Source: Felis catus (taxonomy: Eukaryota). Taken from it: a DNA stretch of 64,000 nt. Both the position numbers and the translations under genes were made by a program. The DNA lies in NCBI RefSeq assembly GCF_018350175.1, contig NC_058375.1, positions 199,764,001 through 199,828,000 on the forward strand, given 5' to 3'. Shown one piece after another: positions 11,632-26,330 of the stretch (the first letter of the stretch is position 1; each line of letters opens with the position of its first letter). The notes beneath the pieces were generated by a model, which had not been told where the DNA came from, searched no databases, and saw only the letters and a program-made list of their open reading frames with translations.

Positions 11632-13467
11632 TTACGAGGGTGTTCTGACTCGCAAGACAGTGCGTGAGCTGGGACACGTCACAGGATTTCGAACGCCAGG
11701 CAACCTGGAAGGGGTGGCAAGAAAAGTTGAAAGTCATGATCTCCATGACAAACCAGTTTTGGGTTGGATTTAAAAATATTATCTTTACAGTTTCGCATTT
11801 TCTAGGATATTTTAAGACGCGATGTATTCCGCCAAAATCATGTCACAAGAATTGTCAGTGACCTTCATTTGCGTTCTCACTCTTAAGGTTTAAAATTACT
11901 GAAAACCAAAGTAGGATTTAAATAGTCTTTTGGGAATGGATCATAGATGAAAAGTCACTTTTTGGATTTGCAGAGAACCTGGATACAAAGTAGTTCTATT
12001 AACCAAAAAACAAAGCTCAGCTGGTTTCCACGAGTCACAGCCTGTTTCTTGTAAATGGAAAGGGTAAACGAATAGGCCTGTGTGTCAAAACAAAACAAAA
12101 ACAAACAAAATGATAGATCACTGGTTATTATCCCTACAAACAAGGCTGCTTCTGAGGAGCATCTAAAAGTCACAGTGCTGTATCTTTACTACACATAAAA
12201 GATGTCTTTAATCTCCAAAACAAAACGCACCTCAGAAGTGTGTATAACAGCATACCAGTTCTTCCCTTTTATCGAGTCGGTCACTCCTTACTTTGGCAAT
12301 TATGACATATAAGCAAAGGACATGTGAGTTGGGCCAAAGCATCACATAAATCCTTATAGCTCTGCTCCCACAGTTGCGCCTAAGTACTTAGCTTGGTAAT
12401 AAATATACAAACCTAAAATAGTTCAGTGTCAGAAATGAAGAGCCACCTAAATGATGCCAAATGCTAAAACCTCCAACTCCTACTAAACGGCATAGGGCAC
12501 ACCTGCTCCATCTTTCCATTTTCAGATGGTCAAGCACACCAGCCTGCATTGAAAAAATTAGTTGTCTTCATATGGTTAGTCTGAATTAAACCACTTCACA
12601 TTTTAGTCTGAAAAATCTCTTAAAAATCTATTATGTGGGATTTCCCCAAATACAACTTCTGGATATGTCTTGTAGGAGGCTCGTTTATAAGCCATAACGG
12701 TTAACACCTATAGAAAGAAACCAACTGTCCATAATAATCACATCCCCTAAAAAAAAAAAACAAAAAAAAAAAAGCAGAAATGAGAGTTTTGTAAATTCTA
12801 ATGTTAAATCTCAAAGCATAATAAGTCATTTCTAGGATCATTTTAACTGAAAGTATAATTAAAAATATTACAATCTTTTTACAGTTTGAAACTCAAATAT
12901 ATTTCAAATGAAGTCGATTCTTAATTATGTAGAGATGAGTATCTGTTCTCTCTACATTACATGGCAAGATTCAAACTACCTGATGTGTGTACATGGATGT
13001 GTAATACGAGGGTGTGTATGCGTGAGAGTGTGTATATATTATGATATGTGTATGTTTGGTGTGTGTTGAAAGAGAACATGAGCATAAATGTTCACCTCTG
13101 AGCTCACTCAACATTAAAGATTAAAAAAGATTTGGGATTCCTTCACATCTCTTCTATTCTTCATTAGACTTGGCTCCGGAGAATTTGACTTTAGTATCTT
13201 AACAGAAAATTTTTGTAAAAAAATCACATTATCATCACAAATATATTCTTAATTAATAGTCATATTGCCCCACAACCCTGGAAATGAGGCAGGAGTCAAC
13301 AAGTAAAATTTCCCATCATTTTTTATGATGCAAAATGTTACTTTGAGGCCAGCAATCTCCCCTCATTTGCTTCATGTTTGGAAGAGCCCTTGTCTGCCAA
13401 ACATGCTTGCTTGGCACACTGTGCTAACGCCTGGAACCGGAGGAGATGGACAAAGCAAGCTACTCAC

Positions 13468-13632
13468 TAGATGAGTCACATCTGAAATGCCCACTGCCAA
13501 AGCCCAAGCACTGGCACGAGAGCTTAAAGCCAGATTCAGACAGCCGCTCCCACTCCTCTCCGACGGCATGATGGGAAACCGTGTAGGGGTCGAAGCACGA
13601 GTCACCTGTAGGTTGGTTTAGGCCTTGGTCGA
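13468..13632 (-). CDS. FN1: FN1 exon 42 (FnI-10)
   Basis: [55 protein letters not shown]; tag|TC...A|gtgagt; 165 nt. Confidence 0.98.
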
Positions 13633-13989
13633 CTACATGAAGAAAAGGAGGAAAAAGAAAAAGAAAAGACATCTTATTGGTGGTTTTGGAGCATAAGGAG
13701 AAAACCGAATTACGGTTATAATGACTTAGTCTAAACCAGAAATCCCAGCGGCATTTAGAAACATGCCTCTGTTCTACCCAATGCATCAGCTGTTCTAACA
13801 GTGCTTAGATGCTGCTGGTGAACACTTGCCCAAGCACCTTAAAAGGAGCCCACATTTCATTTTTGCCATCACTTCTAAAAAATCCTCATTTCTGGCAAAA
13901 CATGGAACACATCTCAAGGCATGTTAAGCTAGTTCAGAACCTGAGCGGGACGCAGAGGCTGGACTGTCTCTCCAGGAGTACCTGAGGGA

Positions 13990-14155
13990 CCTTACGCTAG
14001 TTACTTTGCATTTCTCTGTCTTACTTCCCTCACCCGCAACACGGGGATACTAATAAAAATATATCTACCTGCTCAGGATCTTGTGAAGGTGATATTATAG
14101 CATGAATTCAAAGCACTGGTCCATTGCTAACACTTAGAAAGTGCTCAACAAGTAA
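13990..14155 (+). mobile_element. MIR fragment
   Basis: ctacctgctcaggatcttgtgaagg...aaagcact...agtgctcaacaa. Confidence 0.55.
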
Positions 14156-14183
14156 AAAATATTAGAGAGCATCTTTTGCTTTT

Positions 14184-14397
14184 GCTTTTTATTTATTTAT
14201 TTTAATGTTTATTTATTTTTGAGAAAGAGAGTGAGTGAGCAGGTGAGGGGCAGAGAGAGAGGGAGACACAGAATCTGAAGCAGGCTCCAGGCTCTGAGCT
14301 GTCAGCACAGAGCCCGATGCGAGAATTGAACTCACAAACTGCGAGATCATGACCTGAGCTGAAGTCAGATGCTTAACTGAGACACCCAGGTGCCCCT
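14184..14397 (-). mobile_element. Can-SINE (Fc-type)
   Basis: 19-bp perfect TSD gagagcatcttttgctttt at 14165-14183 and 14398-14416. Confidence 0.95.
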
Positions 14398-16006
14398 GAG
14401 AGCATCTTTTGCTTTTAATGCAAAAGTCTCAGGCATTCTTATATACCATTAGAATGCAATATTCACTTTTATTATTGCACCTTTTGCTTTGCATAACCGT
14501 GCAAAAATAGTGCAAAAATCCTAGGTTCTGTACATTATTATCATAGTAGTAGGACTGTTTTACTTTAGCAATAAAATCAACTGTTTCAAATAAGAGAAAG
14601 CAAGGGATATGAACGACTCAGGAATGAGTAATGAGGTCTCTTCATGTTGCCTCAGATCTTGGTCTTTATGTTTTGAGAAAACTTAAAGTAATCTGTGCAA
14701 ACAAAGCATGCTTCCAATGATTTTCTAAAAATTAAATAAACTAACTTCGGTGACTTTGAATCCCACTGGGTCTATTTCTTTTTACAGTGCAAACATCAAA
14801 ATCTCAAAAGCAATAGATATTTCAAGTGGCTAATAGTTTAAAAGGCATCACCCTGGAAGAAACTAGAGTTTGAGAGAAACTAAGAAGTCTGACATGTCTA
14901 AAAGCCAGGAGAACCTGGCTAGAATGCAGAATACTGCTGCTGGGGATACTGGGTTGGAAAGAGAAATGAAAGGAAACTGAAGTGTTACTAGGGATTTCGG
15001 TAACCCTCCTAAAAATAGCCAGGAGTTAAAATTCCACCTGACTTAAGTTATGGAGATGGAATCTTAAAGAAAAAAAAAAATGATGTGGAAAAGCACAAAG
15101 ACCTCTGTGCTTTTGAAAATTCCTTTCATGTGGCTCCCCACTAGTAAAACCACGCAAGGCAGAAGGCATGCATTACCATGGATACATAACACAACAAGCA
15201 CAAAATGATCCCCCCACCAAATAGTCAACTGCTTAAATTCACAGACATTTATACACGTAAAGTAGCATGGTCATCTGTGTACTACACATTCGGCAGCTGA
15301 CCCTGGAATAAAGCCCGTCCCTTGACAGGGATAGAATTTAGCACTCCCTGCTGATGTGGGATAGAGAACCCTCTGGTGGGAAGATGGAAGGTTCATGGTT
15401 TCGATTATTCCCTATCTCATGTTCCTTGGTGAATCTTCAGCTGATGCAGGTTGAAAAGGCAGGTGATACACTACTGGCTTAAGAGGACTTTGCAAGTGCT
15501 ACAAAGAGATGTCGGTGACCGTTTAACCTCTATTTCAGCTTTGGGCCTATATAATCAGAAAAAGAAACTGAAATAACACTGGACTAAGGGAGCTCCTTGA
15601 ACAGGAGGGGGCTATGTTGGCAGCATTTTACATGAGGAACAAAAACCAGCAGTCGCTAATGTTTGCAGATAGGGAATTTCCTTTACAGGTAATCAGTTCC
15701 AGTACCTAAAAATCCCTGAAGAGGCAGCAACATGGTGAGATGCAGAGGGCCTGGGAAAAGAGATCAGGAGACTTGTGCCCTGTATCAATTCAGATACTCA
15801 CTGGCAGGTAGTCAAAATGTTGGACTAAATAATATTTGAGGTCCCTTCCAGGTCCATTATCATACGCTGTTTGAAACTATTTGTAGATGCATTTTACAAA
15901 GATACTTGGATACCATGAGGGAAAAATCATTGCATTTAAAGTTGCTCATTTACTTAATGGCATTACCTCCCAAAGTTAAAAGACAACAGCGACAAAGGAA
16001 CATTCA

Positions 16007-16222
<216 letters not shown>

Positions 16223-16880
16223 TTATCGGCACATCCAAAGTGACGGAAAGAGCGTTATAGTGAGGAATTCATGTGACTTGCCCTATTATCAGTAACCCGC
16301 GCTACGTAAATAAAGCAAACAAGGAAGGACGGTGGAAAGGTCTCAAACCAGCCGTAGAGAGAAATGGAACTTGGGGGAGAGGCCATCTTTTTTATTTGAC
16401 CTGCCAAAAATCTACCCTCTGTGCTCCCTAGTTATCAGGAGCCCTCAGTAATTTAATAGGCTCCTCTTCGTCCTGCTGTAATCGCAGGTCTGTGTAAGCC
16501 CACTGGAAACCCTCACCACCCCATTTCACATAAAATGTGGACACTGTGCCACGAGGGAGATCTGTTCATCCTATGCAAGGTGGCATGTGACCCCCAGATG
16601 GGGGCCTTAAAGCGTTTTGGCAAATCCTCAAACTCATGTTTCTAAGCTCATGAAACTTTCACAGTGTGGTCAGTTTCTTTTGTTTTTGTTTTTGTTTTTT
16701 AACTCTTCCACTTTCTAAAAATAAGAACACAATAAAAATTGATACCAGCAAGACAAAGAACAAAAGTTTTAGAGAATCCATCGCTTGTAACAGCTGATAT
16801 GCACGGCTTCACTTAAGTTCCTTCTCCTTAGACATATTGTAGATAATGGGATTCTTCATGGACAAACTATAAGGTGGCTA

Positions 16881-16998
16881 TTTATTTATTTATAAAGATC
16901 TCATTTTTAAGTAATCTGTACACTCTATGTGAGGCTCGAACTCACGACCCTGAGATCAAGAGTCGCATAGTCTTCCTACTGAGCCAGCCAGGTGTCCC
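16881..16998 (-). mobile_element. Short Can-SINE subfamily copy lacking the CT-rich segment
   Basis: Reverse complement reads gggacacctggctggctcagtagg...gactcttgatctcagggtcgtgagttcgagcc...agattacttaaaaa. Confidence 0.85.
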
Positions 16999-17318
16999 AA
17001 GGATGGCATTTTAGCCCTTCTTGCACAAATGTAAGTTCAGGCAGAATATTGATCTGTCTTTTCTCAGGTAATTTTTTGTCCATATTACTAAGGAGCCTCA
17101 AATGTGTGAGAATAATAGAAGTTATTTTATTTTCTCTACTAAACAAAAGCTAATGATACTTTTTGGCACATCCCCCAAAGTAAGGCATCCTGAGATTTTA
17201 AAAAGAAGAATCAGGGCTTACGCCTGTCACCTTTCTAAAAGGTATTAGAAATAGAGCCACTTTATAGTTGAGCTCTGGTCACTTCAGTTACCTAGCTTAC
17301 TTATTTCCAGGCAACTCA

Positions 17319-17806
<488 letters not shown>

Positions 17807-18579
17807 CTAGCCGAGAGAGGTTAGAGCCAAAAAAGCAAAGCGTGTTAAGCTCCCAAAAGTAGCAGCAGTAGTCGTTATCAATTCAGGCAACAATGACTCT
17901 TTATCAATCTGATCAAAGCCCTTAGAAAATTAGCAGTTCTTAAATCACAAAACACTTTTTCCAAAAAGAAATCTTTATGATTTTTCTCAAAGGTTTCTTT
18001 ATAGTTTAGAATGAAAAAGTGTTCGTATGAGTTTATCATACACATAAAGCTTTGAACCGCTGAGCCCCATAGAAGCTGCTTCTGCTCAAATTAAGCCTAA
18101 TGGAACTGAAATGTGCAGCCTTTTTTCTTCTTTTTTTCATTTGAGAATCATGTTATAAGGACTAGAATCCAGACTAATTATTTCAGCATCTGAAGTATGA
18201 GAATTCCAGAGGTTTGACTCAACAGTTTTTCATGAATTGAAATGATAAATATACATACATGTTTATTTCTAAAACTCTCCTATCAGCGTAAATATAGCAT
18301 TTTCTTCAAATTAAACTGAAATTGGAATCATAAAGTTGAAAAAATTATTTAGCTCAAGTTTCAGAAACCAAATAATAAATAAAGACAAATAGGAAGAATT
18401 ATTCTCCCTACTTTTTTGTTTTTTGTTTGTTTAACATTAACTTCAACAGAAGGTATAAAAGAAGAGCAGTAATAGCAACCTGCTTTTTACATTTTAATAA
18501 CTGGCTTACATTTTTGAAGAGTGAATAGAAGGCTTTATATTGACTGGCTAAGAAAAAAAAAACTGAATGTTGCCGATTA

Positions 18580-18852
<273 letters not shown>

Positions 18853-19979
18853 TCATCACATTAAAGTCTGTATGCTCAGCTAGTCAAATGGAAGTTGATG
18901 CTACTGGGGAGCAAGCATCCTCTCTCTAGCTGGCCTTTGGCCTCCTGAAAAGTAAAACAGACTTCACCTTTTTCCCGCAAAACCCAAATACTCCACATAG
19001 GATGACCACTTGGCAAATTAATAATTTTCCTACCAAATCCGACACCTGAGTAAACATGTTTATGCTAATTTTTTGTGGGTATTCCTTTAACACATGGTCT
19101 TATTTGCCCTTTTGAATTCAAGAAAGTCTATCAGCATCATAAACCACTGGTGGAATACACATTTGGGGGAGATCACTGCAGATTGTATACATGAATCTAC
19201 TTAGGCCTAATAACCAGATGGTCCTCAGTGACAGGATCAATGAAAAGTTAGACTATAGGTAAGTACTCTGTAAGAGAAAGCAGCCAATCTTTGTGTGGTC
19301 CCTGTAGGAAGTATCCAATTCAACTCCTTCCACATCTGATTCTATTTTCCTTCCTCCAAAGTTTCTAAAAAAGCAGCATCTCTTTCTGGTTTCTCTGTGT
19401 TCCATAGTATTTTAAAATCCAGATGATATCCTGTACATAGTTTAAAATTTTAATCCCCTGAACAAAAATAATACCAGAGGCTTATGATCTTTCCCACTGA
19501 AATGCACAACTCTTATTCTCCATTCCAGGCATTCTCCCCAATATGGGTGGTTGGGAATCACTTTGCCTCAAGACCTAGTCTGTGAAACTGGGCAATGAGG
19601 GCAATGGCAGGTGGCATTCTGGCAAGTCCTGTAAGATCATCAGATCTTTAGGGAGCTCATGGGAGGACAGGATCACAATTAGTTTGTTTTGAAAAATGTC
19701 TTTTTCTAGGACTGGACTGACAAGTATTTGGCAAACATACAGCCAATAAATCTAGTTATGCCATTATGACAGTATTAGAATTACTGCATTTTCATGAATT
19801 CCTGTATTTTCAGATGTATTGAGCTCTACAGCTCTTCCACAGAGAATGCTTTTTGAAGGTATCAGAAACAGGGCTTCTTGTTCTCGTGATACAGCATCAA
19901 AGGCATAGTTGGGATCTGCTAAGTGCTTTGTGTGTCCTAGGGAGTCTGGAGGAAAATAGCAACATGGAAACCCCGATAC

Positions 19980-20159
19980 CAGTAATAGTAGCCTCTGTGA
20001 CACCAGGGCGAGGACGAGGGACCACTTCTCTGGGAGGGGACCCAGGTTTCTCATACTTGATGATGTAACCAGTAATCCTGGCACGGGGTGGCTGCCATGA
20101 TACCAGCAAGGAGTTGGGTGTGGTGGCCAGGAAACGCAGATTGGATGGTGCATCAATGG
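19980..20159 (-). CDS. FN1: FN1 exon 38 (FnIII-14a)
   Basis: [60 protein letters not shown]; tag|CC...G|gtatcg; 180 nt. Confidence 0.98.
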
Positions 20160-20347
20160 CTAAAAGAAAACAAAATTAAGTCTCTAAGAAAGTGAGTAAG
20201 CAAGGAAATTATTCCCACACTCCTTTCCCTCCCTTATCAACAGACTTGAGAGAATCTGAGAGTTCTAGAACTATAAAAATGATTCACTTGTGATCTGCAA
20301 TACAACGTCAGTCTCATTTTTGTTTCTTAAGCTCACATCACTGATCA

Positions 20348-20536
<189 letters not shown>

Positions 20537-21221
20537 TTAAATTTTTAGGAGAATTTTCAAACTCCTGTGTAATTTTCATAGTTCCTCTACCATCCCATAC
20601 AGACCACGTTTGAGCAGTAAATTAGAGCGTGGCATGGGTGCTAATAAGAAACATATCTCAAAAGAAAATCACTGATGCATACAAAGATATTGGCTAAAAT
20701 ACATTTTAAAGTTAAAAAAATGCTATTAGAAGTGGTCGTCTTGGAGAATAAGGGGTGAGCACCTGCTGAGTGTGTTTTCTCTTATTGTAATCAGTCACTG
20801 GCTGGTAACCAGACCTAAATTGACCCAGATATTGAACATTCTCAGACTACCACTTTGATTTTTATGAAGTAGTGTTGTTTGCTTTTTAAAATTTAATTAT
20901 GTTTTATAATCAATATTAATGTTACGAACTGTATGCCACTATTTAGTTTCTTTTGGTTTTAAGCATTATGTTATATATATTTTTTTATATAAGAAAGGAT
21001 ACATTGACGAAAGGTTAAATTTAATAAACGGAACTTGTGCCATTTCTTTGGCAAACATTAGACAAAATCAGGCATTCACAGAATACAATTATTTCTAATC
21101 ATAGTATGAAAGTGAGTTTTTAAATATTATATCTGGATTATTGTAAAACACTGACAGTAAATTTAATCATTGCAAGTGGCAGAGTAACTGAGAAGCTAAT
21201 TTATGTCGTGAATAGCAATCA

Positions 21222-21452
<231 letters not shown>

Positions 21453-22314
21453 TTAGCGCCCGGCTGACTCATTTAGGTAAGGTTTTGATATTTTAAAATG
21501 TTTCTTTATTATACACCAGATATATCCATTTCTATGAATAACTAATAATGTGTAGATTTTCCCCTGCATCCAGAGAGAAAGGTTGACAGTAATTAGAAAG
21601 TACGAAAAGATTCACCTGTCATGCTTTTTTTTTTTTTTTTTTTTTTTTTGCAAAACTAAAAACCTTTGCAGATATTACCAGTGGTTTCTGAGTCTGACTT
21701 TACAGTATCTACAAATATCTTAGTAAGTATTAAAATTACTAATTTATTCTAACATAAAATATGGGTGGTAGGAGTTACAATGATATGGCCAGCCAGCAAT
21801 AACATATATAGTATTGCTAGTATTTTGTCCTTTTTATAAGCCTTCATTTTTTTCTCTCAACATATGCAATGGAAACTGTATTTTATAGAATAGGAAATTT
21901 TGATACTTTATGTGATTTTTGAAAGAGCATACTATAAATTATTGATATGGCACAAAACTAGAATTTTGACCCAATTTTGTCCAATACTTATTGTACTGTT
22001 AAGGTACAGCAGAAGTCCATGTGTCTAGCCTCCACAGATTTATGAAGACAATTTCCAACAACTAGAGCATAAACTAAATGTAAGTCCTAGTTCATAACAC
22101 TAACATTATCACATTTTGAAGTGATTCCATTTATGTGCCAGTATACCACTTTCTGGAGGGCATAAAAGGTGACTGTAGGCAGTCAAAAAGATGGGCAAGC
22201 AAATCAGTTTCCATATTGCGAATGCTTCTGTGAATTTGGTGATCTAGAAAATCATTTACCATTCTTTCATTTTTGCTTATGCAGAATATCTGTTGACATT
22301 AAAATGCCTGATTA

Positions 22315-22407
<93 letters not shown>

Positions 22408-22943
22408 CTAGAAAGGAGGACACGGTAAGTTTTAGTAACGTGATCTACTGAAACCGAGGCATTTTCACTACAGCATTAGAAAAGCACAATGGTTATAAAA
22501 GAAAAAATAAACTAGCAAAACCCACAGCGCCATAAATTCCTAGATGAGTTTTATTCCCGCACTGCAGATGATCAACAGGACGTGTTAATTACATGAATTT
22601 AAAAATGTGCTTAGGGGTCAACACCAAGTAAGCTTTAACTTACATACTTACACTGATACAAAGCTGATACAAAGTGGGGAAAGCAGGTATTGGCCTGTTT
22701 TTCTCCTTTATGATCTGACAGGTGCCAACCATGAATTTTTCTGACCACTGAGAGGCAGAAAGAACACTCTACTCTATCTCAGAACCCTCTTTCTGTCATT
22801 TCTCCTGAAACTGGCCTTATGTTAAGAAGTCCATCCATATCCTAGACTCCTGGCTAGTTTTCCACATGCTTATCTAGAAGGATTAAAAATGTTTCAATGA
22901 AGGGAGAGTCAGGCTGGATTGGTACACACTGGAGAATACTCCT

Positions 22944-22996
22944 TGCCAAGATAAAAGAGCTCAAAAAATGCCAAGATAAAAGAGCTCAAAAAATGC
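22944..22996. repeat. Perfect 25-bp tandem duplication
   Basis: (tgccaagataaaagagctcaaaaaa)x2 followed by tgc. Confidence 0.97.
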
Positions 22997-23290
22997 ATAA
23001 CCAAAATGGATTTATGGATTCAGCCTATGGATATATGAATTGCCCCCCTCAACACACACATACACACATACAATCTTTTAAAATAAACAGAATACATTTA
23101 AAGAGCTGTGCAATATCGAAAGCTGTTTATAAAATTCTGTCCGAGAGAGTCATCTGGAAAAGCTTACATCACTATAGATAATTCAGATACAGAATTACAA
23201 GAAAATTATTTGGTGGCAGAGGCACCAAAACACAATAGATTTATTATGATATTTTATCTCCACCACCTTAAAATGTGTAAGAGATGATTA

Positions 23291-23617
23291 CAATTGATCT
23301 TTGTACAATGCAGGTGTTAGGGGTGCCAACCCCCCTGCCCAGTTGAAAACCTGTTTATAACCTTTGACTGCCCCCCAAACTTGACTAGTAATAGCCCCCT
23401 ATTGACCAGAAGCCTTACTGATAAGCAGTTGATCACCAGATATTTTTGTATGTTATTTGCATTATATACTATACTCTTAAAGTAAGCTAGAGAAAAAAAA
23501 TGTTATTAGTAAAATCATAAAGAAGAGAAAATAAATTTATAGTACTGTACTATAAAAAAATCAGCATATATAAGTGGACCCACACAGATCACATCTATAT
23601 TGCTCAAGGGTCAACTT
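23291..23617. mobile_element. Tigger2-family (TcMar) MITE
   Basis: TIRs caattgatctttgtacaa and ttgctcaagggtcaact, left TA flank, MER28/Tigger2a-like interior (gaagccttactgataa, aagtggacccacacag). Confidence 0.8.
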
Positions 23618-23650
23618 TGTTTTATTCCCATGAAAAAGGGCACTGCATAC

Positions 23651-23838
23651 CATGAGTCCTGATACAACCACAGATGAGCTGTCAGGAGCAAGGTTGATTT
23701 CTTTCATTGGTCCAGTCTTTTCCTTGGGGGTCACCCGCACTCGATATCCAGTGAGCTGAACATTGGGCGCTGTCCACTGGGCGGTCAGGCTTGTTGGTGT
23801 AACCTGGGTGAACTTCAGGTCGGTTGGTGCAGGAATGG
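23651..23838 (-). CDS. FN1: FN1 exon 34 (FnIII-12a)
   Basis: [63 protein letters not shown]; cag|CC...ATG|gtatgc; 188 nt. Confidence 0.98.
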
Positions 23839-25066
23839 CTGTCGGGATGGTCATTAATTAGAGGTCATATTATAGGAACCGGGGAAAAGGGAAATTAAAG
23901 TGAATTCCGAGAAGTATAGATTGTGCTTGTTTGGTGAGGTGGGTTCCCTGGTCAAGTCAAGATTCAGTATGAGAAAATACAAGAAGGGATGCAAAATAAA
24001 GAAAATGTTTGCTGAAAAAAATGTGTTTTATATCCACCAATTCTCAGAATCACTGGAAACACTTGGAAAAATGCCAGAAGACTAAGGGACTTTGGGTTTG
24101 AAAAGTTGTTTTTTTTTGGTTTTTTTTTTTTTGGTTTTTTTTTTTTTTTGCTTTCCCTTAAAAAAAATAAACATAAAAAAACAAAGTCAAGTTGGCTTAT
24201 TGGCCATTAGGATTGATTTTCCATTTTATATGGAAAGATGAGCAATAGCCCTTTTCCCGGATAAGTGATCTTTGTATGGAAAACCACTTCACAGAGTATT
24301 CCATCCCCAAAAGACAGAATTATGTCTTTATCCTCTTTATTTGAACCCCACAGCAGATAGTGCTGCTAAATTTGAAGTATTCTCTGTGGTGCAGCATAAG
24401 AAGAAAATTGGCTCACAACAGAAGCAGAAAAGAGAAGCAAAGAGCAATAATACAGATAGTCACCTCCTAGGTTTATGGTGCCACACAGACACAAATTTAG
24501 CATTCCACTCTGCTTCAGAAACAAAGCACAAGCGGATAAAGTATAGTGGAAAGCATTTGCCCTAAACTGTTTCCGCTGTGTCTGACTCCCAAAACCTATA
24601 AGCAAATTGCGCACTCAGCACATGATATCTAACCAGAGAAGGAAGGTCTTACCTACGTGTTCTCAGAATCATGCTGCTAGGAAATAGCCCAGTTTGGGTT
24701 CCTTTTTTAGAGTAAGCTCTAGGATGCCAAACTCCTTTCCTTTATGCACTGTGAGTGTGACCGCAGGGAATCCCGGTTTAAGAAATAATTCACAATTTTA
24801 GGACCATCTTCAGTTGTCTCACTTTATGGCCTTATTTATAAGCCAAGCCACTCTAAAACTTCCCTTTATGAGACTGTATCTGAATATCCCTTAAACTTTG
24901 TTGCTTATTACTATTCCTTTCTAAAGAGGGTCTTTCCTATTAGAGAGGCTGCTTTTTTTTTTTAACCCCCTTCCAGGGAATCAATAGCCCAAGAAAGTAT
25001 AATTCATTCAGCAGGGCATAAAGCCGCTGCTCCCATGAGCACCCACTGGTGCAGTTACCGATATAC

Positions 25067-25336
25067 CTGTGGACTGGGTTCCAATCAGGGGCTGGCTCTC
25101 CATATCATCGTGCAAGGCAACCACACTGACTGTGTACTCAGAACCCGGCCTGAGGCCTTGCAGNNNNNNNNNNNNNNNNNNNNNNNNNNNNNNNNNNNNN
25201 NNNNNNNNNNNNNNNNNNNNNNNNNNNNNNNNNNNNNNNNNNNNNNNNNNNNNNNNNNNNNNNNNNNNNNNNNNNNNNNNNNNNNNNNNNNNNNNNNNNN
25301 NNNNNNNNNNNNNNNNNNNNNNNNNNNNNNNNNNNN
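25067..25336 (-). CDS. FN1: FN1 exon 33, alternatively spliced EDA/EIIIA (5' part in N-gap; start inferred)
   Basis: Visible part [32 protein letters not shown], donor ACAG|gtatat; CAAGG silencer motif at 25156-25160; start assumes the canonical 270 nt. Confidence 0.9.
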
Positions 25337-25447
25337 NNNNNNNNNNNNNNNNNNNNNNNNNNNNNNNNNNNNNNNNNNNNNNNNNNNNNNNNNNNNNNNN
25401 NNNNNNNNNNNNNNNNNNNNNNNNNNNNNNNNNNNNNNNNNNNNNNN
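25164..25447. other. N-gap, 284 nt (EDA 5' part and acceptor)
   Basis: Run of N. Confidence 0.99.
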
Positions 25448-25620
25448 TCCAATGAACCCCACTATTAAATGGAAAATTACTTGACACCTGAATAGGTTTT
25501 TTAGAAACTATTTAATGTTACATCACTTATCAAAACATAGGTGTATGTGAGACACATAGGCACCTGGTAAAATGTCCCCACAATGAGGATTTATTTCTAT
25601 TAATTTTACGATATTGTAAA

Positions 25621-25675
25621 ATTTGTTTTTTACAATTTGTTTTTTACAATTTGTTTTTACAGATTTGTTTTTGCA
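25621..25675. repeat. 14-bp minisatellite, about 4 copies
   Basis: atttgttttttaca x2, then atttgtttttaca and gatttgtttttgca. Confidence 0.9.
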
Positions 25676-26183
25676 ACGTGATGTTAGTCTCACAGACCTG
25701 AATTTTCTATACCTTGGAAGCGGTAAAGTTGATTTTCAATGTTAGAGTCAGATTATTACAACCTTTCTTTAACTCTTCTCTCCCCATTCTATTATTTACA
25801 TTAATCGCTGGTCCAGACAGTTTTCCAAATGCTCCGAACATAATAGCTTCACGAAGCATGCCGCAATCAACTTTACCATCCAGTCGTAGAAAAATAGGTC
25901 CAGGCAAAATATTTTGTAGATTTGCTATAGGCAAACAAGATTTTGCTGAGGCCATTTGAGCAAAAGAAATTCAAAGCACAGCAACTATGATAGCTCCACA
26001 AACTTCCTTCCCTATATGTTCATTGCTTGGCACCAAGAAGGAAAAATGTTTGTAAAGGGCTCAGCTCAAGATTCAAACTAACCAAGTTGGTTTTCTCTAG
26101 GTATAATCGCAAAAGATGTGCAGAGGGCATTCATTTGCCTAAGAACACAATTGACTTTGAAAATGGGAAATAAGCATTGGTTA

Positions 26184-26330
<147 letters not shown>

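Noticed and set aside
24105-24155. T-runs split by GG after EDA (A-rich in pre-mRNA)
   Set aside because: Most likely a decayed poly(A) tract; relevant mainly as an oligo-dT mispriming artefact
25707-25959. Protein-looking 82-aa and 81-aa ORFs on opposite strands in the intron before EDA
   Set aside because: No recognisable family. The region resembles conserved FN1 intron sequence whose recalled human version has stops. I have no evidence of coding.
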